A stretch of 64,000 nucleotides of DNA from Eledone cirrhosa (lineage: Eukaryota). A model generated the notes under the pieces. The model was not told the origin of the DNA. It worked only from the letters and a program-made list of their open reading frames with translations, and did no database searches. Position numbers and translations under genes: made by a program. Of the stretch, positions 13,701 through 25,600 are shown in pieces. Location of the stretch: positions 34,720,001-34,784,000 of the forward strand of contig OZ024750.1 in the NCBI GenBank assembly GCA_964016885.1. Direction: 5' to 3'. The stretch's first letter is position 1. Each line of letters opens with the position of its first letter.

Positions 13701-15744
13701 CTGAGTGCTTTTTGTTGTGTCACCTACATGACCACTTTACAGTGTGGACTGAGTGCTTTTTGTTATGTCACCTACATGACCACTTTACAGTGTGGACTGA
13801 GTGCTTTTTGTTGTGACACCTACATGACCACTTTACAGTGTGGACTGAGTGCTTTTTGTTGTGTCACCTACATGACCACTTTACAGTGTGGACTGAGTGC
13901 TTTTTGTTGTGTCACCTACATGACCACTTTACAGTGTGGACTGAGTGCTTTTTGTTGTGACACCTACATGACCACTTTACAGTGTGGACTGAGTGCTTTT
14001 TGTTGTGTCACCTACATGACCACTTTACAGTGTGGACTGAGTGCTTTTTGTTGTGTCACCTACATGACCACTTTACAGTGTGGACTGAGTGCTTTTTGTT
14101 GTGTCACCTACATGACCACTTTACAGTGTGGACTGAGTGCTTTTTGTTGTGTCACCTACATGACCACTTTACAGTGTGGACTGAGTGCTTTTTGTTGTGT
14201 CACCTACATGACCACTTTACAGTGTGGACTGGGTGCTTTTTGTTGTGACTCCTACATGACCACTTTACAGTGTGGACTGAGTGCTTTTTGTTGTGTCACC
14301 TACATGACCACTTTACAGTGTGGACTGGGTGCTTTTTGTTGTGTCACCTACATGACCACGTTTACAGTGTGGACTGAGTGCTTTTTGTTGTGTCACCTAC
14401 ATGACCACTTTACAGTGTGGACTGAGTGCTTTTTGTTGTGTCACCTACATGACCACTTTACAGTGTGGACTGAGTGCTTTTTGCTGTGACACCTACATGA
14501 CCACTTTACAGTGTGGACTGAGTGCTTTTTGTTGTGTCACCTACATGACCACTTTACAGTGTGGACTGAGTGCTTTTTGTTGTGTCACCTACATGACCAC
14601 TTTACAGTGTGGACTGAGTGCTTTTTGTTGTGTCACCTACATGACAACTTTACAGTGTGGACTGAGTGCTTTTTGTTGTGTCACCTACATGACCACTTTA
14701 CAGTGCGGACTGAGTGCTTTTTGTTGTGTCACCTACATGACCACTTTACAGTGTGGACTGGGTGCTTTTTGTTGTGACTCCTACATGACCACTTTACAGT
14801 GTGGACTGAGTGCTTTTTGTTGTGTCACCTACATGACCACTTTACAGTGTGGACTGGGTGCTTTTTGTTGTGTCACCTACATGACCACGTTTACAGTGTG
14901 GACTGAGTGCTTTTTGTTGTGTCACCTACATGACCACTTTACAGTGTGGACTGAGTGCTTTTTGTTGTGTCACCTACATGACCACTTTACAGTGTGGACT
15001 GAGTGCTTTTTGTTGTGACACCTACATGACCACTTTACAGTGTGGACTGAGTGCTTTTTGTTGTGTCACCTACATGACCACTTTACAGTGTGGACTGAGT
15101 GCTTTTTGTTGTGTCACCTACATGACCACGTTTACAGTGTGGACTGAGTGCTTTTTGTTGTGTCACCTACATGACCACTTTACAGTGTGGACTGAGTGCT
15201 TTTTGTTGTGTCACCTACATGACCACTTTACAGTGTGGACTGAGTGCTTTTTGTTATGTCCCCTACATGACCACTTTACAGTGTGGACTGAGTGCTTTTT
15301 GTTATGTCACCTACATGACCACTTTACAGTGTGGACTGAGTGCTTTTTGTTGTGTCACCTACATGACCACTTTACAGTGTGGACTGAGTGCTTTTTGTTG
15401 TGTCACCTACATGACCACTTTACAGTGTGGACTGAGTGCTTTTTGTTATGTCACCTACATGACCACGTTTACAGTGTGGACTGAGTGCTTTTTGTTGTGT
15501 CACCTACATGACCACTTTAAAGTGTGGACTGAGTGCTTTTTGTTGTGACACCTACATGACCACTTTACAGTGTGGACTGAGTGCTTTTTGTTGTGTCACC
15601 TACATGACCACTTTACAGTGTGGACTGAGTGCTTTTTGTTATGTCACCTACATGACCACTTTACAGTGTGGACTGAGTGCTTTTTGTTGTGACACCTACA
15701 TGACCACTTTACAGTGTGGACTGAGTGCTTTTTGTTATGTCACC
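4741..15744. repeat. 48-bp tandem satellite, roughly 230 copies, with ~2.84-2.88 kb higher-order repeat
   Basis: Unit CCACTTTACAGTGTGGACTGAGTGCTTTTTGTTGTGTCACCTACATGA; rare variants recur at 2835/2883-bp spacing. Confidence 0.97.
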
Positions 15745-15904
15745 AACTTTACAATTAATTATTTTAAATTGAGGTCAACATTTAAAAAAATATTGACATT
15801 GAAATAGAATTTGTAAATATATATTTTTTATTGATGTAAAGAAATTATTTTTAGATGTCATCTGTAAAGGAAATAAAGTGATTTATATTAATAAAAATAA
15901 TAGT

Positions 15905-16982
15905 TTTTGATTTAGGCACAATGCCAACAATTTTAGGGGAAGGGAAAGTCGATTACACCAACCCCAGTGTATTCAGACTCAGACTCAGAAGCTCCCGGGT
16001 CTTGCGACGCATGAGGCAATCATAGTCTCCCATCGTGTTCGGTCAGCAGCCAGTTGCACAGCGTCCCGCCATTGTCTGTTTGTCGCTCGCAGGTCCCTCT
16101 CAACTGTCTGGCGCCAGTTTATTTTGGGTGACCCTCTCCGTCTGCTTCCCTGCGGGCTCCATTTAAGTACTTGGTTCGCCAGTCTCTCCAGGGTAAGTCT
16201 CAAAGCGTGTCCAAACCAGCCCAGGCGTCGCTTGCAGATGGCAGAAGAGACAAGCTGCTGGTTGGTGCGGTTCCTGACTTCCTGGTTTGTTACATGGTCA
16301 CTCCATTTAATCCCCAGGATCTTTCGCAGACATCTGGAATCGAATGCGTCCAACTTCTTCTCTTGGCTGGTCTTAAGGTGCCATGTTTCACTTCCATACA
16401 AGAGTGTAGACAGCACGTTGCTGTTGTAGAATCTCATATTTGTTTTGAGGGTGAACTTTCTGCTCCTCCAGATCTTGTCAAGCTGGTTAAATGCTGCTGA
16501 AGCCTTTCCCATTCTTCATTGCAGTTCACTATCCATGGTGCCCTCATTGTTAATGGAGCTTCCTAGGTAGGTGAAGTTGTCCACTATCTCCACCTCCCCT
16601 GTTCAATGAAGACACTGGTTGGTGGTGGGTGTGTCCCAGATAACATGCTTTTGGTCTTCTTGGCACTGATATTGAGACCTAAGCTTCCTGCTTCGACATT
16701 GATATTGTTCACAATGATTTGCAGGTCAGCTGTGCTCTCTGCAAGTGCAGCAATATCGTCCGCAAAGTCCAGGTCAGACAACTTTTGCTCTCCCACCCAA
16801 GATATACTCTGGTCTTTAGACACTCTTCTTAGTACACAGTCAATGGCTATGGCAAAGAGAATTGGAGAGAGCGAGCAACCTTGACGCACGCCAGTAACCA
16901 CCTCAAACCAGTCACTGTAACCATGTGTATTACTGGTACTTTATTTTATGAACCTCATAAGGTTGAAGGGAGAAGTAAACCA
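15905..16982 (-). mobile_element. Diverged family A SINE split by an RTE insertion
   Basis: TTAGGCACAA...ACCCCAGTGTATT on the left continues as GTGTATTACTGGTACTTTATTTTAT on the right. Confidence 0.7.
15974..16924 (-). mobile_element. 5'-truncated RTE-clade LINE (RT C-terminal half, frameshifted)
   Basis: Motifs GVRQGCSLSPILF, LDFADD, LLYGSETW, RRLGWFGH; (GTCTGA)n tail; TSD GTGTATT at 15967-15973 and 16925-16931. Confidence 0.93.
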
Positions 16983-16983
16983 C

Positions 16984-17016
<33 letters not shown>

Positions 17017-17692
17017 GGAACAGCTTGACTACTCTGGAGAATGGTTGAAAAATAAGTGGTGTCATCTAAGTTCACTGGCAGTGAACAGCTGACACAGTAA
17101 TACATCTTCAGTGTTAGAAGCTGAACAAAGTAAACAACAACAATAATGATAATAAGGATAATAATTTTTGGTTTCTCTCTGATATAATTAGGATGGCTGT
17201 CATCATTTTTATTTGTCATCATTTTTATCTGTTATCTTTTTTATTTGTCATCATTTTTATCTGTATCTTTTTTTATTTGTCATCATTTTTATCTGTATCT
17301 TTTTTCTCTCTTTCTCCAAAATGTATGGAATGATGACAAAGCTTGATGTAGAGATTTTATTATAGAAAGTTGCAAGGCAAGAATAAAGTGCTGAAAATAG
17401 GAACTTATATTAAAACTGCACCAAAACAAGTCAGCTGGAAAATACATTGTGGATGCTGTAAGATGGATTCAATAAAAACCTTATTGTTTTATTTTGAATC
17501 ATGGAAGGGAGAGGGATGAACCAATAATAGTTTAGAGAATGGGGAAGTGAGTCATTGGAGAGGAATTCTCAAGGCATCAACTATAGTATCAATAAAATGA
17601 GCATAAAGCAGAGACAATCTAAATGACTGTAGCTTCAGCATATGTATGCATAACATGGCTTATAATAAATATTATTTTGCTTTTTATTCTAG

Positions 17693-17718
17693 TTTATTCT
17701 GCCTCTGGTTTCTATGAG
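17693..17718 (+). CDS. Candidate 26-nt microexon
   Basis: ttttgctttttattctag|TTTATTCTGCCTCTGGTTTCTATGAG|gtaaga: strong acceptor and donor in unique sequence. Confidence 0.35.
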
Positions 17719-18296
17719 GTAAGAATCTGCTACAAGCAGTAATAATACAGTTATATCCCTGATCTTTAAATATATGCTTTATGGAAACCAAATGGAATTA
17801 ATAAATGCTTTTGTTATAGATTTCAACATGATTAAATTAATTTATTTTTGTTAAATATCTATCAATTAATTGGATTATTAAACTCACCAATTAGGGGTTT
17901 TTTTTTATAATCAATTTTATGGGGTATATTCTTTGATCCTATCCAGGAGTAATAAATAAAAAAAAAAAAGAAACATATTTCTTAAGTTAAACATTGAACT
18001 TGTGAACTTTTATTGTCTTTTCTTTTATTCATCAATTTAGATCTAATTGTTTAATTAGTGAGGAACATGTTAACTGTAATAGAAATTTGGCTTAATTAAA
18101 TGAAGACAAACGTTTTTGGTTGCAGTAGAAAAAACCCCACCTAACAAAGAACAAACCACCTGGAATATGTTAAAGGGCCATAATCTAATGAAGTTCTTAA
18201 TATTTTGGGCAGATCCCCTTCATCTAAGAATAAAGGATTCATTCTAAAACCTCAGCTATTTTCTTTTTCCTACAAAAACCTAAGAAAAATCTTCAC

Positions 18297-18720
18297 TATT
18301 ACTCTACTCTATTACTTTACTCTATTACTCTACTCTATTACTCTACTCTATTACTCTACTCTATTACTCTACTCTATTACTCTACTCTATTACTTTACTC
18401 TACTCTATTACTCTACTCTATTACTCTACTCTATTACTCTACTCTATTACTCTACTCTATTACTTTACTCTACTCTATTACTCTACTCTATTACTCTACT
18501 CTATTACTCTACTCTATTACTCTACTCTATTACTCTACTCTATTACTTTACTCTACTCTATTACTCTACTCTATTACTCTACTCTATTACTCTACTCTAT
18601 TACTCTACTCTACTCTATTACTCTACTCTATTACTTTACTCTATTACTCTACTCTACTCTATTACTCTACTCTACTCTATTACTCTACTCTATTACTTTA
18701 CTCTATTACTCTACTCTATT
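18297..18720. repeat. (TACTC)n/TAT compound microsatellite
   Basis: Direct inspection. Confidence 0.9.
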
Positions 18721-19279
18721 GATTTTTCTTCACAAAGTTTCTTTTATATGTTTTATTAATTAGACATCAATTTAATTATTAAATATATGTTTGCTTTATA
18801 TTTAATGACTTCTTAATTTCTCTTAATTTCTACTATAGTTCTTTTTTTATATTAACTCTCAAACATCCTGTACCACATGAAGCAGCATTGGCAAGGCAAA
18901 AGAGCTCTATGACTGAGTCACATTAAATTAGTATTCTTTAATTTAATACAATCTTTCATAATACCCTGTCTACTAGTATATCATCATTGGTTTTACATCT
19001 GTTTTTTCCACACTTGCATGGGTTGGATGGGTCCTTTTCAGCATGGCATCATATATATATATATATTGAATTGACAAGATTCCAAACCTCATTTTCTTAC
19101 TGAGTGGGGTGAAACTTGTCAGATTGGACCAAGGAAACCATGTTTCCATTGCTCTTTCCAACTGCTAATACTATCTACCATTTGCAAAGATACTATAAAC
19201 GTTTGAATTAACAAACCTGTTTATAAATATTGTTTACTATTTACTAAATCATTACTGTTTATATAATGTCCATTTTGTT

Positions 19280-19450
19280 CTATTATTTTAGTTCTAAAGT
19301 CTCAAGTCTGTCTCGAGCCCAGAGGCTCATCAGGCATGTACTTATCCCAGTTTCCATGGCGTTAAGTGATAGAGTACAAGACTTCTCAGTAGACAGGATT
19401 CCAGTCCATCACAGGGTAAAACACCCAGTCACTGCTGGTACTCATATTAC
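19280..19450 (-). mobile_element. Old SINE 3' fragment (V/Nin-like central domain)
   Basis: Minus strand CCCTGTGATGGACTGGAATCCTGTC...GGAAACTGGGATAAG...CCTGATGAGCC...(GACTT) tail. Confidence 0.5.
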
Positions 19451-19583
19451 AATGTAAATTCAACACCCTTACCACTAAACCATGTAAATTCACTTATTTC
19501 AGTTAGTTTCTAGTGAATATTATTTCCCATCTCAGAAGTAAACCTTTGTCATCTGAAAAACCATGAATATTCTACAAATTTAA

Positions 19584-19800
19584 TCCTTTAGCATTTACAT
19601 TACTCTATATATACTATTATATTTACATGGTAAAGTCTTTACCACGCATAATTATCTCACATAATATGGAATCTATCAGATTTTGATATTATTTATTTTG
19701 AGAACAATATCTTAATATCAGTATGAACAGCTGGTTACAGCTGGTTTGAGCAGAAAGAGGTGAGAGAATTCTGGCCGGATACAGCCAGTTTAAATGCTAA
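19584..19800 (-). mobile_element. piggyBac-type MITE, diverged
   Basis: TTAATCCTTTAGCATTTACATTACTC...TTTAAATGCTAA matches 2418-2619. Confidence 0.75.
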
Positions 19801-20039
19801 TCATGGATAGATCACTCTTTAAATAATTAGGCTTGATAGGGTTAGCCTACATCCAATACCTTCAGGTTTGAGACTGTCGCACCAGTTATTAGTACCAGGT
19901 TGAATAAAATCTCAAGACTTCAATAAAGAATTAATATATACAATTCAAAGAACAATTTTGTTCATTTCAACCAAAGTAAATATTTATATAAAGTAGTAGC
20001 AACTATAATAGATTTTTAGGAAGATTCTTCAGCTAACCT

Positions 20040-20405
20040 CCCTAGGGTTTGTACTTTACACAATAAATGCACCCAGTACACTCTATAAAGTGGTTGGTGA
20101 TAGAAAGGGCAACCAGCCATAGAAAACCTGCCAAACAAAAGGTTGGAAGAACTCTTTAGTTGTGTCAAGGACATGACAACCTCCCTAGTGCTGGTGTCAC
20201 AATAAAATGTTCTTAGTAGTGAGCAGGATTGTATGTAAGTTGCAGCCTGTCTGATCCCTTAGTAGGGTGGAGCAGAGTAAGATGCAGCTTTCCAATCCAC
20301 TGTAGGGTCAGTACCTCTGCTCTGACTACCAACATGGTCTACAAACAATCTACCCAACCCTTGCTAACAAGGAAAGAAGATGTTAAACAATGATGATGAT
20401 GATGG
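20040..20405 (+). mobile_element. Diverged SINE-like repeat with (ATG)n tail; related pieces at 21335-21520 and 21765-22130
   Basis: AAAGTGGTTGGTGATAGAAAGGGCAACCAGCCATAGAAA and tail CCCTTGCTAACAAGGAAAGAAGATGTTAAACAATGATGATG. Confidence 0.6.
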
Positions 20406-20439
20406 TTATAAAATAAAGCTTGCTATACAATACTTGATC

Positions 20440-21320
20440 ACATTCATTTAGAAACAAAGAAAATAACTACAGTGTTATAAATAGATGACTACTGGGTCAA
20501 AGGCTTAAAGATCTCTAACATAACTTCCACAAGACATTCCATCTTGCAGATAAACAAACCCAACAAGATGAAGTAAGCTAGGTATTGGGAGTAAAAAATC
20601 TATTAGACAAGACCATCCATTGAGTTAAACAATTTACCACTTTGGAATAACAGTTTCTCTCTTATTAACTGGTTCAATAAACAATACACAGCTATATAAA
20701 TTCTTCCAAATTGATGTCATTGAATGTTACCCTTCAGTGATTGTTTGCTTCAAAGAGCATTAGTTTTCACCAAAAATTATATTTCAATTAGTGATATCGA
20801 TATCAAAATAACAATCCACATAAGAAAAATATGATTTGCTTTCAATGATGCTTTATGACTAAAGAAAAATGATGTCAATTCTTTGAAAGTAGTGATGCAC
20901 ATTCTAAAACTCTGGGAAATATCTGAGCTCATTAGCCTATATATACATTTGCTAAACAATAAATTGAATAACATAAAAGTATCGGCTATACTTAGATGAT
21001 GGACTAATCATTACATCGGATCTTCAACAATTAGATAGATTCAGAAAAAGATTTCTTGAAATTATTTAAAAACATAAAACTAAAAATTATGTTTGAAACA
21101 AATTTACATATAGTTAATTTTCTAGCTATTTCCTTAAATCTAAAAATATATAAATATTTATCTTTTACAAGATTAAAAGTTGCAATACAGACTCCAATCA
21201 CTTGTTTGCTGTAATTAATAATTTAGAGAAATATATTAGTGATACAGTTACCCATATTTCATTCAATAAATCTTCCTTCTATGAAGAAGGTTTAAAGATA
21301 AAATTAGTTATATAATTAAT
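20440..21320 (+). pseudogene. Decayed Penelope-like element reverse transcriptase (Neptune-type motifs)
   Basis: In-order fragments FFQIDVIECYPS (~20700), EISELISLYI (~20915), LYLDDGLII (~20990), KIMFETNLHIVNFLAISLNL (~21085), SNH (~21193) resemble PLE RT motifs FDIxxFYPS, EICELVGLYI, LYRDDGL, VNFLDVTLNL, SNHP; many stops and frameshifts. Confidence 0.7.
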
Positions 21321-22613
21321 ATTTATTTCCAAACATGTCAAAGACATGACAACATCCGCTGTGCACTTGGTAGAACATAAGACCATACATAAGCAAGACA
21401 ACAGATCCCTGGCTTGTCTGGGAGAACAGTAGCCACTGCTTCAATACTGACTTGGTCGATGTAGAGCCGTCCAGCCCTTGCTAGCGGGGAAAGTGAACAT
21501 TAAAATGACAAATGACAACGTATGAATGCACCAACCAGTCACAATATCACTAGGATCCTAGATATTCAAACAATTTTAATAGAAATAATATTAACTTTAA
21601 CTTCAGAATTTTACAACAGAAATAGTATATGCCAATATTAGAAATCTTAAACAACTTTCTACAACTGACATACCTCATTCATATATCCTGATATACCTCA
21701 TTCTTTATCCTGTAAATTGTCCACCAAATGACTTGTTTACTCTGCAAACACATTCACAGCTGGTAAAACACTGTAAAGTAGTTGGTGATAGTAATGGCAT
21801 CCAGCTGTAGAAAGTTTACCAAACAAAGGGTTGGTAAGACCCTTAAGTCATATAAAGGACATGACAGCCTCCCTAGTGTTGGTGATCTACACAATAAATG
21901 CACCCAGTATATGTTATAAAGTGGTTGGTAATAAGGGCATCCAGCCATAGAAAGCTTGCTGAATAAAGGGTTGAAAGGATCCTTCAGTCGTGTCAAGGAC
22001 ATAACCTCTCCTGTGCACTTGGTAGAATATGAGACTATACATAAGTGAGATGTAGATCCTTGGCCTGCCTGGAAGATCAGTAACCCCACTTCACTACTGA
22101 CTTGGGCTATGTAGAACCATCCAACCCTTATTAAATCACATTTAAAAAAACTTAGCAAAGATCAGGAATGACATTTTAAAGAAATTTGGAATAAAAAAGA
22201 TGTTTGTCTCACTCGGGCATTGCTAAATAAATAACTAAATATTAAGGACTTCAGAGAATATGTATTCTACTAACAGAGATGTACTAATAATAGAACACGA
22301 CGTTCAAATGATGATGATGAATTTAGTGTCCAAAGATTATGTCAAGTTAATTTTAAATAAATTAAAAAGCCAATTTAATTATCATAGTATCCTCCATTAT
22401 TCCCTAAATCTAGAAAGATCTCAAGTCACCAATTAATTAAATACCAGTTTAATAATAAGATCAGTGAAAATGTCTGAAATATATTACAATATACTAAATT
22501 GCTGCTACACAAGGGTGCTACCAATGGCCCTTAATGTGAAATGGCAGCAATATATGACAAATAAATGCCATTATGGAGACCTGCCAAAAGATGACTCCAC
22601 ATATCTGGACATT

Positions 22614-25600
22614 GTGACATCCTGGACTGGAAACATCCAAGTGTGTGTGTGTGACATCCTGGACTGGAAACATCAAAGTGTGTGACATCCTGGACTGGAA
22701 ACATCCAAGTGTGTGTGTGTGACATCCTGGACTGGAAACATCCAAGTGTGTGTGTGTGACATCCTGGACTGGAAACATCCAAGTTTGTGTGTGACATCCT
22801 GGACTGGAAACATCCAAGTGTGTATGTGACATCCTGGACTGGAAACATCAAAGTGTGTGACATCCTGGACTGGAAACATCCAAGTTAGTTTGTGACATCC
22901 TGGACTGGAAACATCCAAGTGTGTGTGTGTGACATTCTGGACTGGAAACATCCAAGTATGTGTGTGACATCCTGGATTGGAAACATCCAAGTGTGTGTGT
23001 GACATCCTGGACTGGAAACATCCAAGTGTGTGTGTGACATCCTGGACTGGAAACATCCAAGTATGTGTGTGACATCCTGGATTGGAAACATCCAAGTGTG
23101 TGTGTGACATCCTGGACTGGAAACATCCAAGTGTGTGTGTGACATCCTGGACTGGAAACATCCAAGTTAGTGTGTGACATCCTGGACTGGAAACATCCAA
23201 GATAGTGTGTGTGACATCCTGGACTGGAAACATCCAAGATAGTGTGTGTGACATCCTGGACTGGAAACATCCAAGTGTGTGACATCCTGGACTGGAAACA
23301 TCCAAGTGTGTGTGTGAAATCCTGGACTGGAAACATCCTTGTGTGTGTGTGACATCCTGGACTGGAAACATCCAAGTGTGTGTGTGACATCCTGGACTGG
23401 AAACATCCAAGTTTGTGTGTGTGACATCCTGGACTGGAAACATCCAAGATAGTGTGTGTGACATCCTGGACTGGAATCATCCAGGTGTGTGACATCCTGG
23501 ACTGGAAACATCCAAGTGTGTGTGTGAAATCCTGGACTGGAAACATCCAAGTGTGTGTGTGACATCCTGGACTGGAAACATCCAAGTGTGTGTGACATCC
23601 TGGACTGGAAACATCCAAGTTAGTGTGTGTGACATCCTGGACTGGAAACATCCAAGTGTGTGTGTGACATCCTGGACTGGAAACATCCAAGTGTCTGTGT
23701 GACATCCTGGACTGGAAACATCCAAGTTTGTGTGTGACATCCTGGACTGGAAACATCCAAGTGTCTGTGTGACATCCTGGACTGGAAACATCCAAGTGTC
23801 TGTGTGACATCCTGGATTGGAAACATCCAAGTTTGTGTGTGACATCCTGGACTGGAAACATCCAAGTGTCTGTGTGACATCATGGATTGGAAACATCCAA
23901 GTGTGTGTGTGACATCCTGGACTGGAAACATCCAAGTTTGTGTGTGAAATCCTGGACTGGAAACATCCAAGTGTCTGTGTGACATCCTGGATTGGAAACA
24001 TCCAAGTTAGTGTGCGACATCCTGGACTGGAAACATCCAAGTGTGTGTGTGACATCCTGGACTGGAAACATCCAAGATTGTGTGTGACATCCTGAACTGG
24101 AAACATCCAAGTGTGTGTGTGACATCCTGGACTGGAAACATCCAAGTGTGTGTGTGACATCCTGGATTAGAAACATCCAAGTGTGTGTGTGACATCCTGG
24201 ACTGGAAACCTCCAAGTTTGTTTGTGACATCCTGGACTGGAAACATCCAAGTGTGTGACATCCTGGACTGGAAACATCTAAGTGTGTGACATCCTGGATT
24301 TGAAACATCCAAGTGTGTGTGTGACATCCTGGACTGGAAACATCCAAGTGTGTGTGTGACATCCTGGACTGGAAACATCCAAGTGTGTGTGTGTGACATC
24401 CTGGACTGGAAACATCCAAGTGTGTGTGTGACATCCTGGACTGGAAACATCCAAGTTTGTGTGTGACATCCTGGACTGGAAACATCCAAGTTTGTGTGTG
24501 ACATCCTGGACTGGAAACATCCAAGTGTGTGACATCCTGGATTGGAAACATCCAAGTGTGTGTGTGACATCCTGGACTGGAAACATCCAAGTTTGTGTGT
24601 GACATCCTGGACTGGAAACATCCAAGTTTGTGTGTGACATCCTGGACTGGAAACATCCAAGTGTGTGACATCCTGGATTGGAAACATCCAAGTGTGTGTG
24701 TGACATCCTGGACTGGAAACATCCAAGTTTGTGTGTGACATCCTGGACTGGAAACATCCAAGTTTGTGTGTGACATCCTGGACTGGAAACATCCAAGTGT
24801 GTGTGTGACATCCTGGACTGGAAACATCCAAGTGTGTGTGTGACATCCTGGACTGGAAACATAGAAGTGTGTGTGTGACATCCTGGACTAGAAACATCCA
24901 AGTGTGTGTGTGACATCCTGGACTAGAAACATCCAAGTGTGTGTGTGACATCCTGGACTGGAAACATCCAAGTGTGTGTGTGAGACATCCTGGACTGGAA
25001 ACATCCAAGTGTGTGTGTGACATCCTGGATTGGAAACATCCAAGTGTGTGTGTGAGACATCCTGGACTGGAAACATCCAAGTGTGTGTGTGACATCCTGG
25101 ACTGGAAACATCCAAGTTTGTGTGTGACATCCTGGACTGGAAACATCCAAGTTTGTGTGTGACATCCTGGACTGGAAACATCCAAGTGTGTGTGTGACAT
25201 CCTGGACTGGAAACATCCAAGTGTGTGTGTGAGACATCCTGGACTGGAAACATCCAAGTGTGTGTGTGACATCCTGGATTGGAAACATCCAAGTGTGTGT
25301 GTGAGACATCCTGGACTGGAAACATCCAAGTGTGTGTGTGACATCCTGGACTGGAAACATCCAAGTTAGTGTGTGACATCCTGGACTGGAAACATCCAAG
25401 TTTGTGTGTGACATCCTGGACTGGAAACATCCAAGTATGTGTGTGACATCCTGGACTGGAAACATCCAAGTTTGTGTGTGACATCCTGGACTGGAAACAT
25501 CCAAGTGTGTGTGTGACATCCTGGACTGGAAACATCCAAGTGTGTGTGTGACATCCTGGACTGTAAACATCCAAGTGTGTGTGTGACATCCTGGACTGTA

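Noticed and set aside
4741-15807. Cys-rich repetitive ORFs (MTTLQCGLSAFCCVTY)n
   Set aside because: A 48-bp unit is in frame by arithmetic; frequent 46/49-bp units and TGA variants break frames; the unit derives from a SINE
19295-19340. Minus-strand CTGATGAGCC...GGCTCGAGAC as a hammerhead
   Set aside because: GAGA instead of GAAA and no stem I; part of a SINE tail
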